In this document: piece by piece, positions 31,801-40,565 of the stretch
How the letters are laid out: the number at the start of each line of letters is the position of its first letter
Numbering within the stretch: position 1 is the first letter of the stretch
Source of the DNA: a bacterium
GTDB lineage: Bacteria > Patescibacteriota > CPR2 > UBA1875 > JAJYID01
Assembly (NCBI GenBank): GCA_021787535.1
Contig: JAJYLR010000001.1
Location: 83,648 to 147,647, forward strand
Direction of reading: 5' to 3'
DNA length: 64,000 nt
Notes under the pieces: generated by a model
Told to the model about the DNA's origin: nothing
What the model saw: the letters and a program-made list of their open reading frames with translations, nothing else
Database searches by the model: none
Made by a program: the position numbers and the translations under genes

Positions 31801-32731
31801 TGCAGTGGGTATTGATCTGCAAAGCGGAGGAAATGCCTATATAGATAATGCAGTGATCAGTTTAGGACAGAATTCGCATGGCATTAATGTTGGTAGCTCA
31901 GGGTCGGCGTTTACCGGCAGTATGATTTCTGCCAGGATTGTAGGATATACCGGAAGCAGCCCGACCGGAACCATGATCAATTGGGCTAATGCCGGAGATG
32001 CCAACAACAACTTAACAGCCACAGTTTCGACACATACGGGAGAAACCGCTCTTGCAGGCAGTCCCGCAGCAAGTAATGAAATTAATATTTTATCAACAGG
32101 GACTGGGACAAATGCGAATTACAAAAACTTCTCAAGCGCCAATAACGTTGGGGTTGGGGTAATTAATTCTCAAAACAAGCTTAGCGTTAATGCTCCTGTT
32201 ACGGCTGACACGCTGGCAACCACGATAATTACGCCAACTGTGGCTTCGAACAAAGGTTTAGTAGTGCAAGGTTATACTTCGCAAACTGCTGACTTGATCC
32301 AGGCGCAAAGTTCACTAGGAGCCGTGTTATTTAAGATTGACAACTCGGGTAACTTGGCGGCTAAAAGCGCAACCTTCACCGGCACATTGACTATGAACGG
32401 TCATATTATTACCGGAAACTCAATCGGTTCGACGACGATTGCCGCCGGAGCTAATGCAGGAACGGGAGCCACGGCAACAATCAGTGGAAACGACACTTCG
32501 GGGACTATCACAGTGACGACTGGAACCGGCCCGGCTGCGGGAACTTTGGCAACTATTACATTTGCCGGTACCTATGGCTCGGCACCAAGAGTGGTTTTGA
32601 CACCAACCGGCGCAAATGGCGCAACTCTGCAATATTATGTCGGATCCACAACCACAACATTTACCTTATCTAGCGGTACGGCACCGACGGCTTCAACCGC
32701 CTACACCTACAATTATCAGGTAATGCAGTAG
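28862..32731 (+). CDS. Paralogous large anchored beta-helix protein
   Basis: Same N-terminus; DVRAYGAKGDGKTDNTAAIQAA; similar C-terminal domain; TTGACG-17-TACACT upstream. Confidence 0.8.
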   Translation: MYNPTKSTLIKIFSLISILILCGFLLVYELTIHEVNQKYKNQQSSQGNISLSTSDLSKDYVSLKGSNPQSGNINLEGNISGNDVQGQTITSTVQNGTSPLNVTSSTLVNNLNADMVDGKHADELTKTTVNNITNTTTGESIQPGTTGQYYRGDKSWQTLNSSAVGLGNVENTALSTWTGSNQVAILGTVTSGTWNAGAINAAGSITGTALQGTSLNLGSGAITSGAINGQTISSSANFTGTITAGGTINGATISGGTLSGGNVSGGTVQGGTLSSTAVNGVTTANILVNTGSYSDPSWLQGLAGSKITGDIQGNASGLTGSPNITVGTITSGNITSSGTLDITGTGDSTVGGNISVNPDFGSELTTNGNFNGSANNWLVSCTDYSSGSTACNTADTPNSVPASGWSYGSNSVSHASGTNNTDALYQDISNTAGETYGSNIITDSNFSLNPATNGWDWMDAGWHWVNNTAMTNAGGAYFGDDLGTSLTAGLYKVQFSTSGMPAGGQLKVALSSGGISEDAAVVSGNGQHTFYFTVGTTPETGGWPYYLYFDSTSVGTTIDNVSAQLVTGAQFGESQTQSYKVSFAVSGMTAGSLSANLGGVGGSPITANGTYTQYLIGKPNANIISFVPSHDAVFTLSNISVTPVQNGTITVQDIITKGGPKVDVRAYGAKGDGKTDNTAAIQAAEDSLPDQGGTLYFPSGTFLGHVTLKSNVHVEGAGINATILKLPNGANTDVIASKDFASLTGNTTNRDGVNRVTLDDITIDGNAGNNTAGYGVRKYGGQWNVHDVVIKNCAQDGVYSEWGSYGGAPLVADSMEDHWTNIMLTVNSGSGMTWNGPHDSVLDNFIVSSNSGNGINFENASGGVANGTQLKNSHIWGNSSTGYGLWIKTSINLDNDIVEGATGTGGIGIYVDSGGAILANGLQVYACETGVYISGVSPGGNNEITGITLSTITKANIVIYSAWSVRITGATISISSNSSSAVGIDLQSGGNAYIDNAVISLGQNSHGINVGSSGSAFTGSMISARIVGYTGSSPTGTMINWANAGDANNNLTATVSTHTGETALAGSPAASNEINILSTGTGTNANYKNFSSANNVGVGVINSQNKLSVNAPVTADTLATTIITPTVASNKGLVVQGYTSQTADLIQAQSSLGAVLFKIDNSGNLAAKSATFTGTLTMNGHIITGNSIGSTTIAAGANAGTGATATISGNDTSGTITVTTGTGPAAGTLATITFAGTYGSAPRVVLTPTGANGATLQYYVGSTTTTFTLSSGTAPTASTAYTYNYQVMQ
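29102..29499 (+). repeat. 398-bp direct repeat, copy 2
   Basis: Identical to 23403-23800. Confidence 0.9.
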
Positions 32732-32747
32732 GCAAGCAACCGCTTGC

Positions 32748-32779
32748 TTGCTTTTACAAGGACAGTCCTTGTTAAAATT
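32748..32779. repeat. 32-bp direct repeat with palindromic core, left copy
   Basis: TTGCTTTTACAAGGACAGTCCTTGTTAAAATT; 30/32 identical to 33867-33898. Confidence 0.85.
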
Positions 32780-32780
32780 C

Positions 32781-32849
32781 TGTATAGATGCTTGAGTTTT
32801 TGTATAGATATTTGACATTTTGTATAGTTTTTGATAGTATATCTATACA
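32781..32849 (+). promoter_or_regulatory. Promoter overlapped by putative operator array
   Basis: TGTATAG at 32781, 32801, 32821 and inverted CTATACA at 32843; TTGACA at 32812, TAGTAT at 32835. Confidence 0.7.
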
Positions 32850-32851
32850 AT

Positions 32852-33574
32852 ATGAAAAATAACAAAAAATTGATGCCGATCGGAGAAGCAGCTGATTTCC
32901 TGGAGGTATCGGTTATGACCCTCAGGCGTTGGGATGCTTCCGGAAAACTGCCGGCGCTCAAAAAGCCCAGCGGCCACCGATATTATGAACGCGAAGCGCT
33001 TGAGCGGTTTCGCGAGGATATTTTTGGCTTGGCGAGAACATGGGCGGGCAGCGAGACAGCCCCCGATATTCCAAAAGATTACTACTGTGAAACTCAGGAT
33101 CGCTTTCGCGCTCGGCTTGAACATATGGCAATACTTGCCAGCCAAAAATCCGGGGTATCCGAAGCCGTCCCGATTTTAACAGCTGTGGCGGGAGAAATCG
33201 GCAACAATTCCTTTGATCACAACTTGGGAAACTGGCCTGACGTTCCCGGCGTATTTTTTGTCTATGACACCAATAAGCGTATAATTGTGTTGGCGGATCG
33301 CGGAGTGGGCATTAAGGGAACACTGTCAAGGGTTCGTCCAAATTTAAAAGATGACATTGACGCTCTGACTGTCGCGATGACTGAGCGCATATCGGGGAGA
33401 TCGCCGGAACAAAGGGGAAACGGTTTAAAGTTTGTAGTGAGTGTTACAGCGGAAAATTTGATTAAGGTAACTTTACAATCAGGAATAGCAGTCGCCACTA
33501 TTGAAAGAGGCAAGGCGCACATCTCTCTGGCTGATCGCAATATTCGCGGAGTATTAACTAAGGTGGAGTATTAA
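32852..33574 (+). CDS. MerR/excisionase-type HTH fused to HATPase_c-like domain
   Basis: IGEAADFLEVSVMTLRRWD..GHRYY; EIGNNSFDH, ADRGVGI, RGNGL; ATG 32852 preferred over TTG 32831. Confidence 0.85.
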   Translation: MKNNKKLMPIGEAADFLEVSVMTLRRWDASGKLPALKKPSGHRYYEREALERFREDIFGLARTWAGSETAPDIPKDYYCETQDRFRARLEHMAILASQKSGVSEAVPILTAVAGEIGNNSFDHNLGNWPDVPGVFFVYDTNKRIIVLADRGVGIKGTLSRVRPNLKDDIDALTVAMTERISGRSPEQRGNGLKFVVSVTAENLIKVTLQSGIAVATIERGKAHISLADRNIRGVLTKVEY

Positions 33575-33576
33575 CG

Positions 33577-33840
33577 ATGAAAATTGAACTTAAAAAATTC
33601 GGATTGGTTTTGACCTCTAGGCCGGCAGGCAAGGAAGCATTTGCGGCCATCCGGCCAACTTTAGATCTTAACGCTGATAAGGTAGAAGTTGATTTTAGCG
33701 GAATAATCTCTCTGTCCCCATCATGGGCCGATGAGTTTTTTAAGGGTTTGGAAAGTTTGTATGGAGATCGTGTAATCTATCTTCCGAGTGATAATCCGTC
33801 CGTAAAGGCCACTCTCAAAATCCTTCAAGACGAAGAGTAA
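33577..33840 (+). CDS. STAS-like (DUF4325) protein
   Basis: LTSRPAG, VDFSGI.SLSPSWADEFF. Confidence 0.85.
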   Translation: MKIELKKFGLVLTSRPAGKEAFAAIRPTLDLNADKVEVDFSGIISLSPSWADEFFKGLESLYGDRVIYLPSDNPSVKATLKILQDEE

Positions 33841-33866
33841 ATATTGTCTCATTTTAAACATCGTGG

Positions 33867-33898
33867 TTGCTTTTACAAGGACTGTCCTTGTTGAAATT
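33867..33898. repeat. 32-bp direct repeat with palindromic core, right copy
   Basis: TTGCTTTTACAAGGACTGTCCTTGTTGAAATT. Confidence 0.85.
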
Positions 33899-33954
33899 GT
33901 ACACATTGTTTTTGAGGCTTTGTTGTGTTTTGGTATTTTTAGATTCTCTTTCTT

Positions 33955-34037
33955 TGTCATCCCGAGTGGAGCGATAGCGTAATCAAGGGATCTTTTTCCG
34001 AGGATTAAGGGATTCCTCCGCTTTGGTCGGAATGACA
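33955..34037. repeat. REP-like palindrome pair
   Basis: TGTCATCCCGAG...GGGATC...GGATTCC...GGAATGACA. Confidence 0.75.
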
Positions 34038-34048
34038 GAGGAGATAAT

Positions 34049-34705
34049 ATGGCAGATGTTTATTTTAAAGATCGAGAAGATGCCGGGCGGAGGTTGACTG
34101 AGAAGTTAATTCAATACAAGGGTCAAAATCCGGTTGTTTTGGCTTTGCCGAGGGGTGGAGTTGTTCTTGGTGCAGAAGTTGCCGGGGTATTAAACTGCCC
34201 GTTAGACCTCGTAATTCCCAGAAAAATCGGCCATCCGATAAATCCGGAGTATGCTATCGCCGCTGTGACCGAAGGCGGGGCGCTTGTGGCAAATGAGAGC
34301 GAAGTTGCCACGGTTGATCCGGAATGGTTTGAACGAGAAAAAGCGGTCCAGATTGCCGAAGCCAAAAGGCGGCGGAGGGTTTACTTGAAAGACAGAAAGG
34401 CAGTAGATTTAACCGGTAAAACAGCTATTATCATCGATGACGGTATTGCCACGGGCCTGACTATGATGGCTGCAATTTCCGAGGTTAAGGCGAAAAATCC
34501 TGTCAAAATCATCATTGCCGTACCGGTAGCGCCGGCTGATATTTACCACAGAATTAGCCAAGAAGTTGACGATTTTGTTGCCATTGACGCGCCGGAGTAT
34601 TACCTGGGTTCGGTGGGCGCTTATTATCAGAAATTCCCGCAGGTGAGCGATGAGGAAGTGGTCGGGATTTTGTACCAAAATCTCAGGAAAACAAATAACA
34701 ATTAA
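34049..34705 (+). CDS. Phosphoribosyltransferase family protein
   Basis: FKDREDAG, LALPRGGV, IIIDDGIATG. Confidence 0.92.
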   Translation: MADVYFKDREDAGRRLTEKLIQYKGQNPVVLALPRGGVVLGAEVAGVLNCPLDLVIPRKIGHPINPEYAIAAVTEGGALVANESEVATVDPEWFEREKAVQIAEAKRRRRVYLKDRKAVDLTGKTAIIIDDGIATGLTMMAAISEVKAKNPVKIIIAVPVAPADIYHRISQEVDDFVAIDAPEYYLGSVGAYYQKFPQVSDEEVVGILYQNLRKTNNN

Positions 34706-34782
34706 CAAATAACAAGGGACTGCTAATTTAGGACATAGTTGTTAATTGTTTACTGTTAATTGTTTACTGTTATAATAAGCTT

Positions 34783-35160
34783 ATGCAATATATCAGTTTT
34801 GTACCAGCACTTTTAATCTGGTGGTATGGGAGGGGACTGACTGATCTCTTTTCCTTTCTTTTAGCTTTGCTTGACTATATTCAAAATTTATTTTCTGTCA
34901 CAGCACTCTTAAAAACGCTTTTTTCGCCTTGGAAAAAAATGGTTGGTGAAAGAGGCCGGGGGATTGACGGTTTAAAAATATGGCTTCTTGATAACCTTGT
35001 TTCCCGAGGAGTCGGCTTCGTTGTCCGGGTACTGATGATTTTTGTCTTTCTGATAGCTTTTCTGGCCTTCCTTATCTTTTCAGTGATAGCAATTATATTT
35101 TGGCTTTTTATGCCTGGGATTGTAGCAGCTTCTTTTATTTACATCTTTATAGGGAAATAA
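34783..35160 (+). CDS. Hypothetical membrane protein coupled to the Clp ATPase
   Basis: WWY...LLKTLFSPWK; hydrophobic C-half; 1 nt gap to next gene. Confidence 0.75.
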   Translation: MQYISFVPALLIWWYGRGLTDLFSFLLALLDYIQNLFSVTALLKTLFSPWKKMVGERGRGIDGLKIWLLDNLVSRGVGFVVRVLMIFVFLIAFLAFLIFSVIAIIFWLFMPGIVAASFIYIFIGK

Positions 35161-35161
35161 C

Positions 35162-37678
35162 ATGGTGAATCCGGAACAAATAGATTTTTCTAAAAATACG
35201 CGGCTTACGCTTATTGCGAACTTAAATGCGACCTTTAACCGAGAGCAGATAGTCAAGATATTAGGCGCTATCAGTGTTCTGGGCGGATTATCTTTTGCGA
35301 TTCTTTTGGCGGCTTACTTTACCGGGCTTTCCAGTCCCTTCTTCATTTTTGCCAGAATGTTTCTTTTTTTGGGGCTGATGGCTTTTGTCTTTTTGGTTTT
35401 CATTAAAAAATTTTTTCGCCAGACAGAAGATGCTATTCAAATAGGCGAAAATGCGTCCTCGTACCAAGTCTTTAAAATAGTGGATCTTGAAACTGTTAGA
35501 ATCCTATCCGGCATTGACTTTAATAAGCCGGATCTAACTGCTTTATACGAAAAAATACTTGCGTCCCGGAGAGTCCAGTTCATTGCCGGCGAGATGGGGA
35601 TGACAGTGGAATTTAACCGCAAACTTTTTTCAGGAATCATCAAAGGACAGAATCTGTTTCCTCAAATTTTTGCTTTGGCTATCGATAACGCCGTGAGCGA
35701 AAAATCTAACTTTGTTACAACAGCGGATATTTTTTACGGCTTTTTGAAAATTAGCACTGCGCTCGATGCCTCGCTTATGGCTATCGAAATCAACGAAGAT
35801 GACCTTCAAAATATTGTTTTCTGGGCTAATAACTTTTTTATGAAGGTTATGTATCCCAAAACCTTGATCCAAAAGATGCATTCTAAACAGGAGGGATTAG
35901 CTGAAAGCTGGGCTTCCGGTTACACGATATTTTTAGACAGATTTTCGCGCGATATTTCTAGTCCTGCGTATTTTGGCGCCTTTTCGACGGAGGGCAGAGA
36001 GAAAGTTCTTGCCGAGATGGAAAATGTTTTATCTAAAGAATCAAGACACAACTGTATCTTGACGGGCGAACCGGGAACCGGCAAAACCTCCGTTGTTTAC
36101 GGGCTGGCTGAAAAAATTTACTGGGGTGAAACTTTGCCTGCGCTATCGCACAAAAGAGTTGTATCGCTTGACACGGCTGCTCTTCTTTCCGGTGTTTCTT
36201 CGCCGGCTGAGGCAGATGAAAGGTTGCTCGGAGTTTTAAACGAAGCGGCTCGGGCAGGAAATGTTATCCTTTTTATCGACGACATTCATACGCTTTTTGC
36301 CGGATCGGGAGGCAAGGTCGGGACGATTGATGCTTCTGAAGTAATAGCTCCTTACCTTGCCGGCAGCAATCTAAGGATCGTCGGAGTGACAACTACCCAT
36401 AACTATCAGACTTACATTGCACCCAGGGGCAACATTGCCGGCAGTATGGAAAAAATTGAGGTTGAACCAGCGGATTTGAACCAGACAATCCGAATTCTTG
36501 AAGACCTTTCGCTTTATTTTTCTGCTAAATATCATCTGAGTATCAGTTATAACGTGCTTAAGGAAGTTTATCGGCTTGCCGAGAGATTTGTGAGTGAGAA
36601 AGGATTTCCGGCCAAAGCGGTGGATATGCTGGAAAATGTTTGTACGGCCGCCAAGAACAAAGGGGAAAAATCGCTCGACCGCCATATCACCGATATGCTG
36701 GCTGAAAACACCTTAAATGTGCCAATCCAGGAGGCAGAGGGATCTGAGAAGGAGACCTTATTAAATCTAGAAAGCAAACTGCACTCAAGAGTCATCGGAC
36801 AGGATGAAGCGGTAAGGGCTGTCACTCAGGCCCTTCAGCGCGCCAGAACGCAAGTGGCGGATACAAAAAGACCGATCGGAACATTTCTCTTTCTGGGCCC
36901 GACAGGGGTTGGTAAAACGGAGCTTTCTAAAGCGCTTGCTTGGGCATACTTTGGCAGCGAGGAAAATATGGTCCGGATGGATATGAACGAATTTCAGGAC
37001 GCCTCATCTGTCGATCGTTTCATCGGGCGCCAGATCCCCGGCAGTGAAGATCTAGAGGGCGGTGATTTTGTAAAGAAAGTACGAGAGCATCCGTTCTCTG
37101 TTGTTCTTTTGGACGAACTTGAAAAAGCGCATCCGGACATTCTAAATCTTTTCCTGCAAATTTTAGACGAGGGCTACTTTACAGATGCCCTTGGCAGTAA
37201 GATATCATTTCAAAACACCATTATCATTGCTACATCAAACGCTGGGGCGAATTTAATTCGGGAAGGCATTGTCTCCGGTCAAGACTCAAACAGTTTAAAA
37301 ACAGAACTGTTGGCATTTTTACAGAAAGAAGGCATTTACAAGCCGGAGTTTTTAAATAGATTTGACGGAACTATTATCTTTAAGCCATTAACAAAGGATG
37401 AACTCTTGAAAATTGCCCGGCTAATCTTCCAAAACTCTTGTACATCCTTGAAAGAAAAAGGTTATATTATTCAAATAGAGCCGCTAGCGCTTGAGAAGCT
37501 TGTTGAGTGGGGTTATCAGCCGGAGTTTGGCGCGCGTCCGATGAGACGGGTATTTCAAGATAAGTTAGAGAGCATGCTAGCCAGGAAAATCTTGGAGGGT
37601 ATAGTTCAAAAAGGCCAGCCGTTTACGGTCAAACTAGCTGATTTGGAAGGTGCCGACCAAGCGGTTGGAAATGCTTAA
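35162..37678 (+). CDS. ClpA/ClpB-family double AAA+ ATPase with N-terminal TM helices
   Basis: GEPGTGKT, FIDDIH, FLGPTGVGKTE, LLDELEKAH, FGARPMRR. Confidence 0.9.
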   Translation: MVNPEQIDFSKNTRLTLIANLNATFNREQIVKILGAISVLGGLSFAILLAAYFTGLSSPFFIFARMFLFLGLMAFVFLVFIKKFFRQTEDAIQIGENASSYQVFKIVDLETVRILSGIDFNKPDLTALYEKILASRRVQFIAGEMGMTVEFNRKLFSGIIKGQNLFPQIFALAIDNAVSEKSNFVTTADIFYGFLKISTALDASLMAIEINEDDLQNIVFWANNFFMKVMYPKTLIQKMHSKQEGLAESWASGYTIFLDRFSRDISSPAYFGAFSTEGREKVLAEMENVLSKESRHNCILTGEPGTGKTSVVYGLAEKIYWGETLPALSHKRVVSLDTAALLSGVSSPAEADERLLGVLNEAARAGNVILFIDDIHTLFAGSGGKVGTIDASEVIAPYLAGSNLRIVGVTTTHNYQTYIAPRGNIAGSMEKIEVEPADLNQTIRILEDLSLYFSAKYHLSISYNVLKEVYRLAERFVSEKGFPAKAVDMLENVCTAAKNKGEKSLDRHITDMLAENTLNVPIQEAEGSEKETLLNLESKLHSRVIGQDEAVRAVTQALQRARTQVADTKRPIGTFLFLGPTGVGKTELSKALAWAYFGSEENMVRMDMNEFQDASSVDRFIGRQIPGSEDLEGGDFVKKVREHPFSVVLLDELEKAHPDILNLFLQILDEGYFTDALGSKISFQNTIIIATSNAGANLIREGIVSGQDSNSLKTELLAFLQKEGIYKPEFLNRFDGTIIFKPLTKDELLKIARLIFQNSCTSLKEKGYIIQIEPLALEKLVEWGYQPEFGARPMRRVFQDKLESMLARKILEGIVQKGQPFTVKLADLEGADQAVGNA

Positions 37679-37803
37679 AGAAAAGAGTAAAATAAGAATG
37701 ACTAATTACCAATATCTAATAACCAATCAATTCTAAAATTTAAAAATTAATTAATTGAAAATTGACTGGAAATTGGGACTTGAAAATTAGAAATTAAGGT
37801 TAA

Positions 37804-37848
37804 GGGATTCCTCGGCTTGTCGCTACCGCGAAGTCGCTCGGAATGACA
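37804..37848. repeat. REP-like palindrome upstream of ppsA
   Basis: GGGATTCCTCGG...CTCGGAATGACA; follows a heptamer hairpin at ~37700-37795. Confidence 0.85.
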
Positions 37849-37863
37849 AAAACGGAGGGTTGA

Positions 37864-40395
37864 ATGAGTAAGAATATACTTTGGTTTAAAGAAGTCGGGA
37901 AAGACGACGGAGCAAGGGTTGGCGGTAAGGGTGCAAATCTTGGTGAGATGTTTAGTGCCGGTCTCCCGGTGCCGAACGGTTTTATCGTCACGGCGCAGGC
38001 TTACTTTGATTTTCTGGATCATACCGGGCTCAAGGCAAAGATTGCAGAAGCGCTTGAAGGCTTAAATGTTGAGGATTCCAAGGATCTGCAAGCGAGAGCG
38101 GAAAAGGTGCAGAGTTTAATAAAGAAGGCTGATTTCCCCCAGGACTTAGCTAATGAAATTACCAAAAATTACCACAAGCTTTCTGAAGAAGGCCAAAAGG
38201 AAAAGGGAAGGAGCAAAAAAGAAGATTCCGGTCAAGCCGGAATGACGGAAGATTCCCCCAATACCCAATACCCAATACCCAATACAGATCGACTGGATTC
38301 CCGCCTGCGCGGGAATGACAAGGCGGGCGTATATGTGGCTGTTCGTTCGAGCGCGACGGCCGAGGATTTGGCTGATGCGTCATTTGCCGGCCAGCAGGCG
38401 ACATACCTGAACATTCTTGGCGATATTCCTGTTTTGCATGCGGTTTTAAAATGCTGGGCGTCGCTCTTTGAAGCCAGAGCTATTTATTATCGCGAAGACA
38501 AAGGGTTTGACCAGCTGGAAGTGGGTATTGCAGTGCCGGTGCAGAAAATGGTCAACTCCGAAAAAGCGGGAGTTATGTTTACCATTGATCCTACAAATAA
38601 CGACATGGAGCATATTTCCATCGAAGCGGCTTACGGGCTTGGCGAAGTGGTTGTTCTGGGCGCCGTTACCCCGGATCGTTATCTGATTGATAAAAAAACC
38701 AGGCAAGTGACCGACAAGGAAATTCACAAACAGACTTGGATGCTAACCCGCGAAGGCGGCAATGCCGATACGGATAACACGGAAGACATCTCAAAGAATG
38801 GCGTCCCCGTACCGGAGGATAAGCAAGGATTGCAAAAGCTGAGCGATGACGAAATCTCACAGCTTACCGATCTGGCTTTGAAAATTGAGAAGCATTACGG
38901 CAAACCGCAAGACACAGAGTGGGCGGTCGAGGGCGGAAAAGTTTACATGACCCAGTCGCGACCGATAACGACATTGCCAAGTAAAGATGATCAGGCAGGA
39001 ATGGATTCCGGACAAGCCGGAATGACAAATGAAGGGCAGGATATTTCCGAGGCCAAAGTGATATTAAAAGGTTCGGCGGCATCAGTCGGGATGGCCGGGG
39101 GACCGGTAAAGATCATTCATTCGCCGAGCGAGATAGACCAGATCTTGGACGGCGATGTTTTGGTCACAGAAATGACCACCCCGGATTTCGTGCCGGCTAT
39201 GAAGAGGGCTTCGGCTATCGTTACTGATGAAGGCGGACGGACCTGCCATGCGGCCATTGTTTCAAGAGAACTTGGTATTCCTTGCGTTGTCGGGACTGAG
39301 ACAGCTACAACTACGCTTAAGGATTACCCGAAAGTAACCGTCGATGGCAAAAGCGGCGCGGTTTATGAAGGTAAGGTTAAATCTCAATCGGATTCTGGAC
39401 AGGATTCTGGACAAGCCAGAATGACGAGCTCAGAGCCAGCGCCGATAACTGCCACGAAAATTTATGTCAACTTGGGAGAACCGGAACTGGCCGAGAAAGT
39501 AGCGGCTCGCGACGTCGATGGGGTGGGCTTGCTGCGCGCTGAGTTCATTATCATGGAGTCCATCGGCGAACATCCCAAGAAAATGATCAAGGAAGGGCGC
39601 CAAGAGGAATATATTACAAAACTAGCCGAAGGACTGGAAACATTTGCCCGGGCCTTTGATCCAAGACCTGTTGTTTATAGGGCTACTGATTTTAAGACTA
39701 ACGAATATCGAGGGCTAAAGGGCGGAGAAGAGTTCGAGCCCGAGGAAGACAATCCGATGATCGGCTATCGCGGCTGCTTCAGATACTTAAAAGATCCGGA
39801 AGAATTTTCATTGGAGCTTGAGGCGATTAAAAAAGTGCGCCAAAACCACAGAAATCTCCACCTGATGATTCCCTTTGTTCGCCGCACCGATGAGTTTCAA
39901 AAAGTTAAAGCAATGGTCGAAAAGAGTGGATTAAATAAAGAGAGCGACCCCGACTTTAAACTTTGGATTATGGTGGAGGTGCCATCGGCTGTTATCGAAA
40001 TAGAAAAGTTCTGCCAGATGGGCATCGACGGCGTGTCAATCGGCTCAAATGACCTGACCCAGCTGACTTTGGGATTAGATCGGGATTCAAATCTTGTGGC
40101 AGAGGAGTTTGATGAGCGAAACGATGCCGTCCAATGGATGATTAAAAGAACGGTGGAAACATGCAAAAAATACGGCGTTACTTGCTCGATCTGCGGCCAG
40201 GCGCCAAGCGTTTATCCCGAAGTAGCGCAGAAAATGGTGGAGTATGGCACCACATCCATTTCCGTAAACCCCGATATGATTGAGAGCACGCGCAAACTGG
40301 TGGCGCAGGTTGAAGAGAAGATTTTGATGAATGAAATGAGCGCAGTTCAGGCGAAATTGTCTGAATTGGAACAAAAGATAGAGACAAATGAGTAA
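37864..40395 (+). CDS. ppsA: Phosphoenolpyruvate synthase, with three in-frame repeat insertions
   Basis: GGKGANLGE, AVRSSATAED, GGRTCHAAIVSRE, GSNDLTQ. Confidence 0.96.
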   Translation: MSKNILWFKEVGKDDGARVGGKGANLGEMFSAGLPVPNGFIVTAQAYFDFLDHTGLKAKIAEALEGLNVEDSKDLQARAEKVQSLIKKADFPQDLANEITKNYHKLSEEGQKEKGRSKKEDSGQAGMTEDSPNTQYPIPNTDRLDSRLRGNDKAGVYVAVRSSATAEDLADASFAGQQATYLNILGDIPVLHAVLKCWASLFEARAIYYREDKGFDQLEVGIAVPVQKMVNSEKAGVMFTIDPTNNDMEHISIEAAYGLGEVVVLGAVTPDRYLIDKKTRQVTDKEIHKQTWMLTREGGNADTDNTEDISKNGVPVPEDKQGLQKLSDDEISQLTDLALKIEKHYGKPQDTEWAVEGGKVYMTQSRPITTLPSKDDQAGMDSGQAGMTNEGQDISEAKVILKGSAASVGMAGGPVKIIHSPSEIDQILDGDVLVTEMTTPDFVPAMKRASAIVTDEGGRTCHAAIVSRELGIPCVVGTETATTTLKDYPKVTVDGKSGAVYEGKVKSQSDSGQDSGQARMTSSEPAPITATKIYVNLGEPELAEKVAARDVDGVGLLRAEFIIMESIGEHPKKMIKEGRQEEYITKLAEGLETFARAFDPRPVVYRATDFKTNEYRGLKGGEEFEPEEDNPMIGYRGCFRYLKDPEEFSLELEAIKKVRQNHRNLHLMIPFVRRTDEFQKVKAMVEKSGLNKESDPDFKLWIMVEVPSAVIEIEKFCQMGIDGVSIGSNDLTQLTLGLDRDSNLVAEEFDERNDAVQWMIKRTVETCKKYGVTCSICGQAPSVYPEVAQKMVEYGTTSISVNPDMIESTRKLVAQVEEKILMNEMSAVQAKLSELEQKIETNE

Positions 40396-40565
40396 TTAAG
40401 AATTTCTAATTTCTATTGAAGTCCCAATTAAAGAATTTAAAAATTTAGACATTGATTGGAAATTGTGAATTAGAAATTGAAAATTGAGCCAGCTAAAAGT
40501 TTGGATTTAAACAAGTAAAAAGCAAAAATCATCCGTTGTAAATTAAGTTTACTAGAAGGAAACCC

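Noticed and set aside
23163..32731. Prophage tail region
   Set aside because: Both proteins have N-terminal membrane anchors and there are no capsid, terminase or integrase genes nearby.
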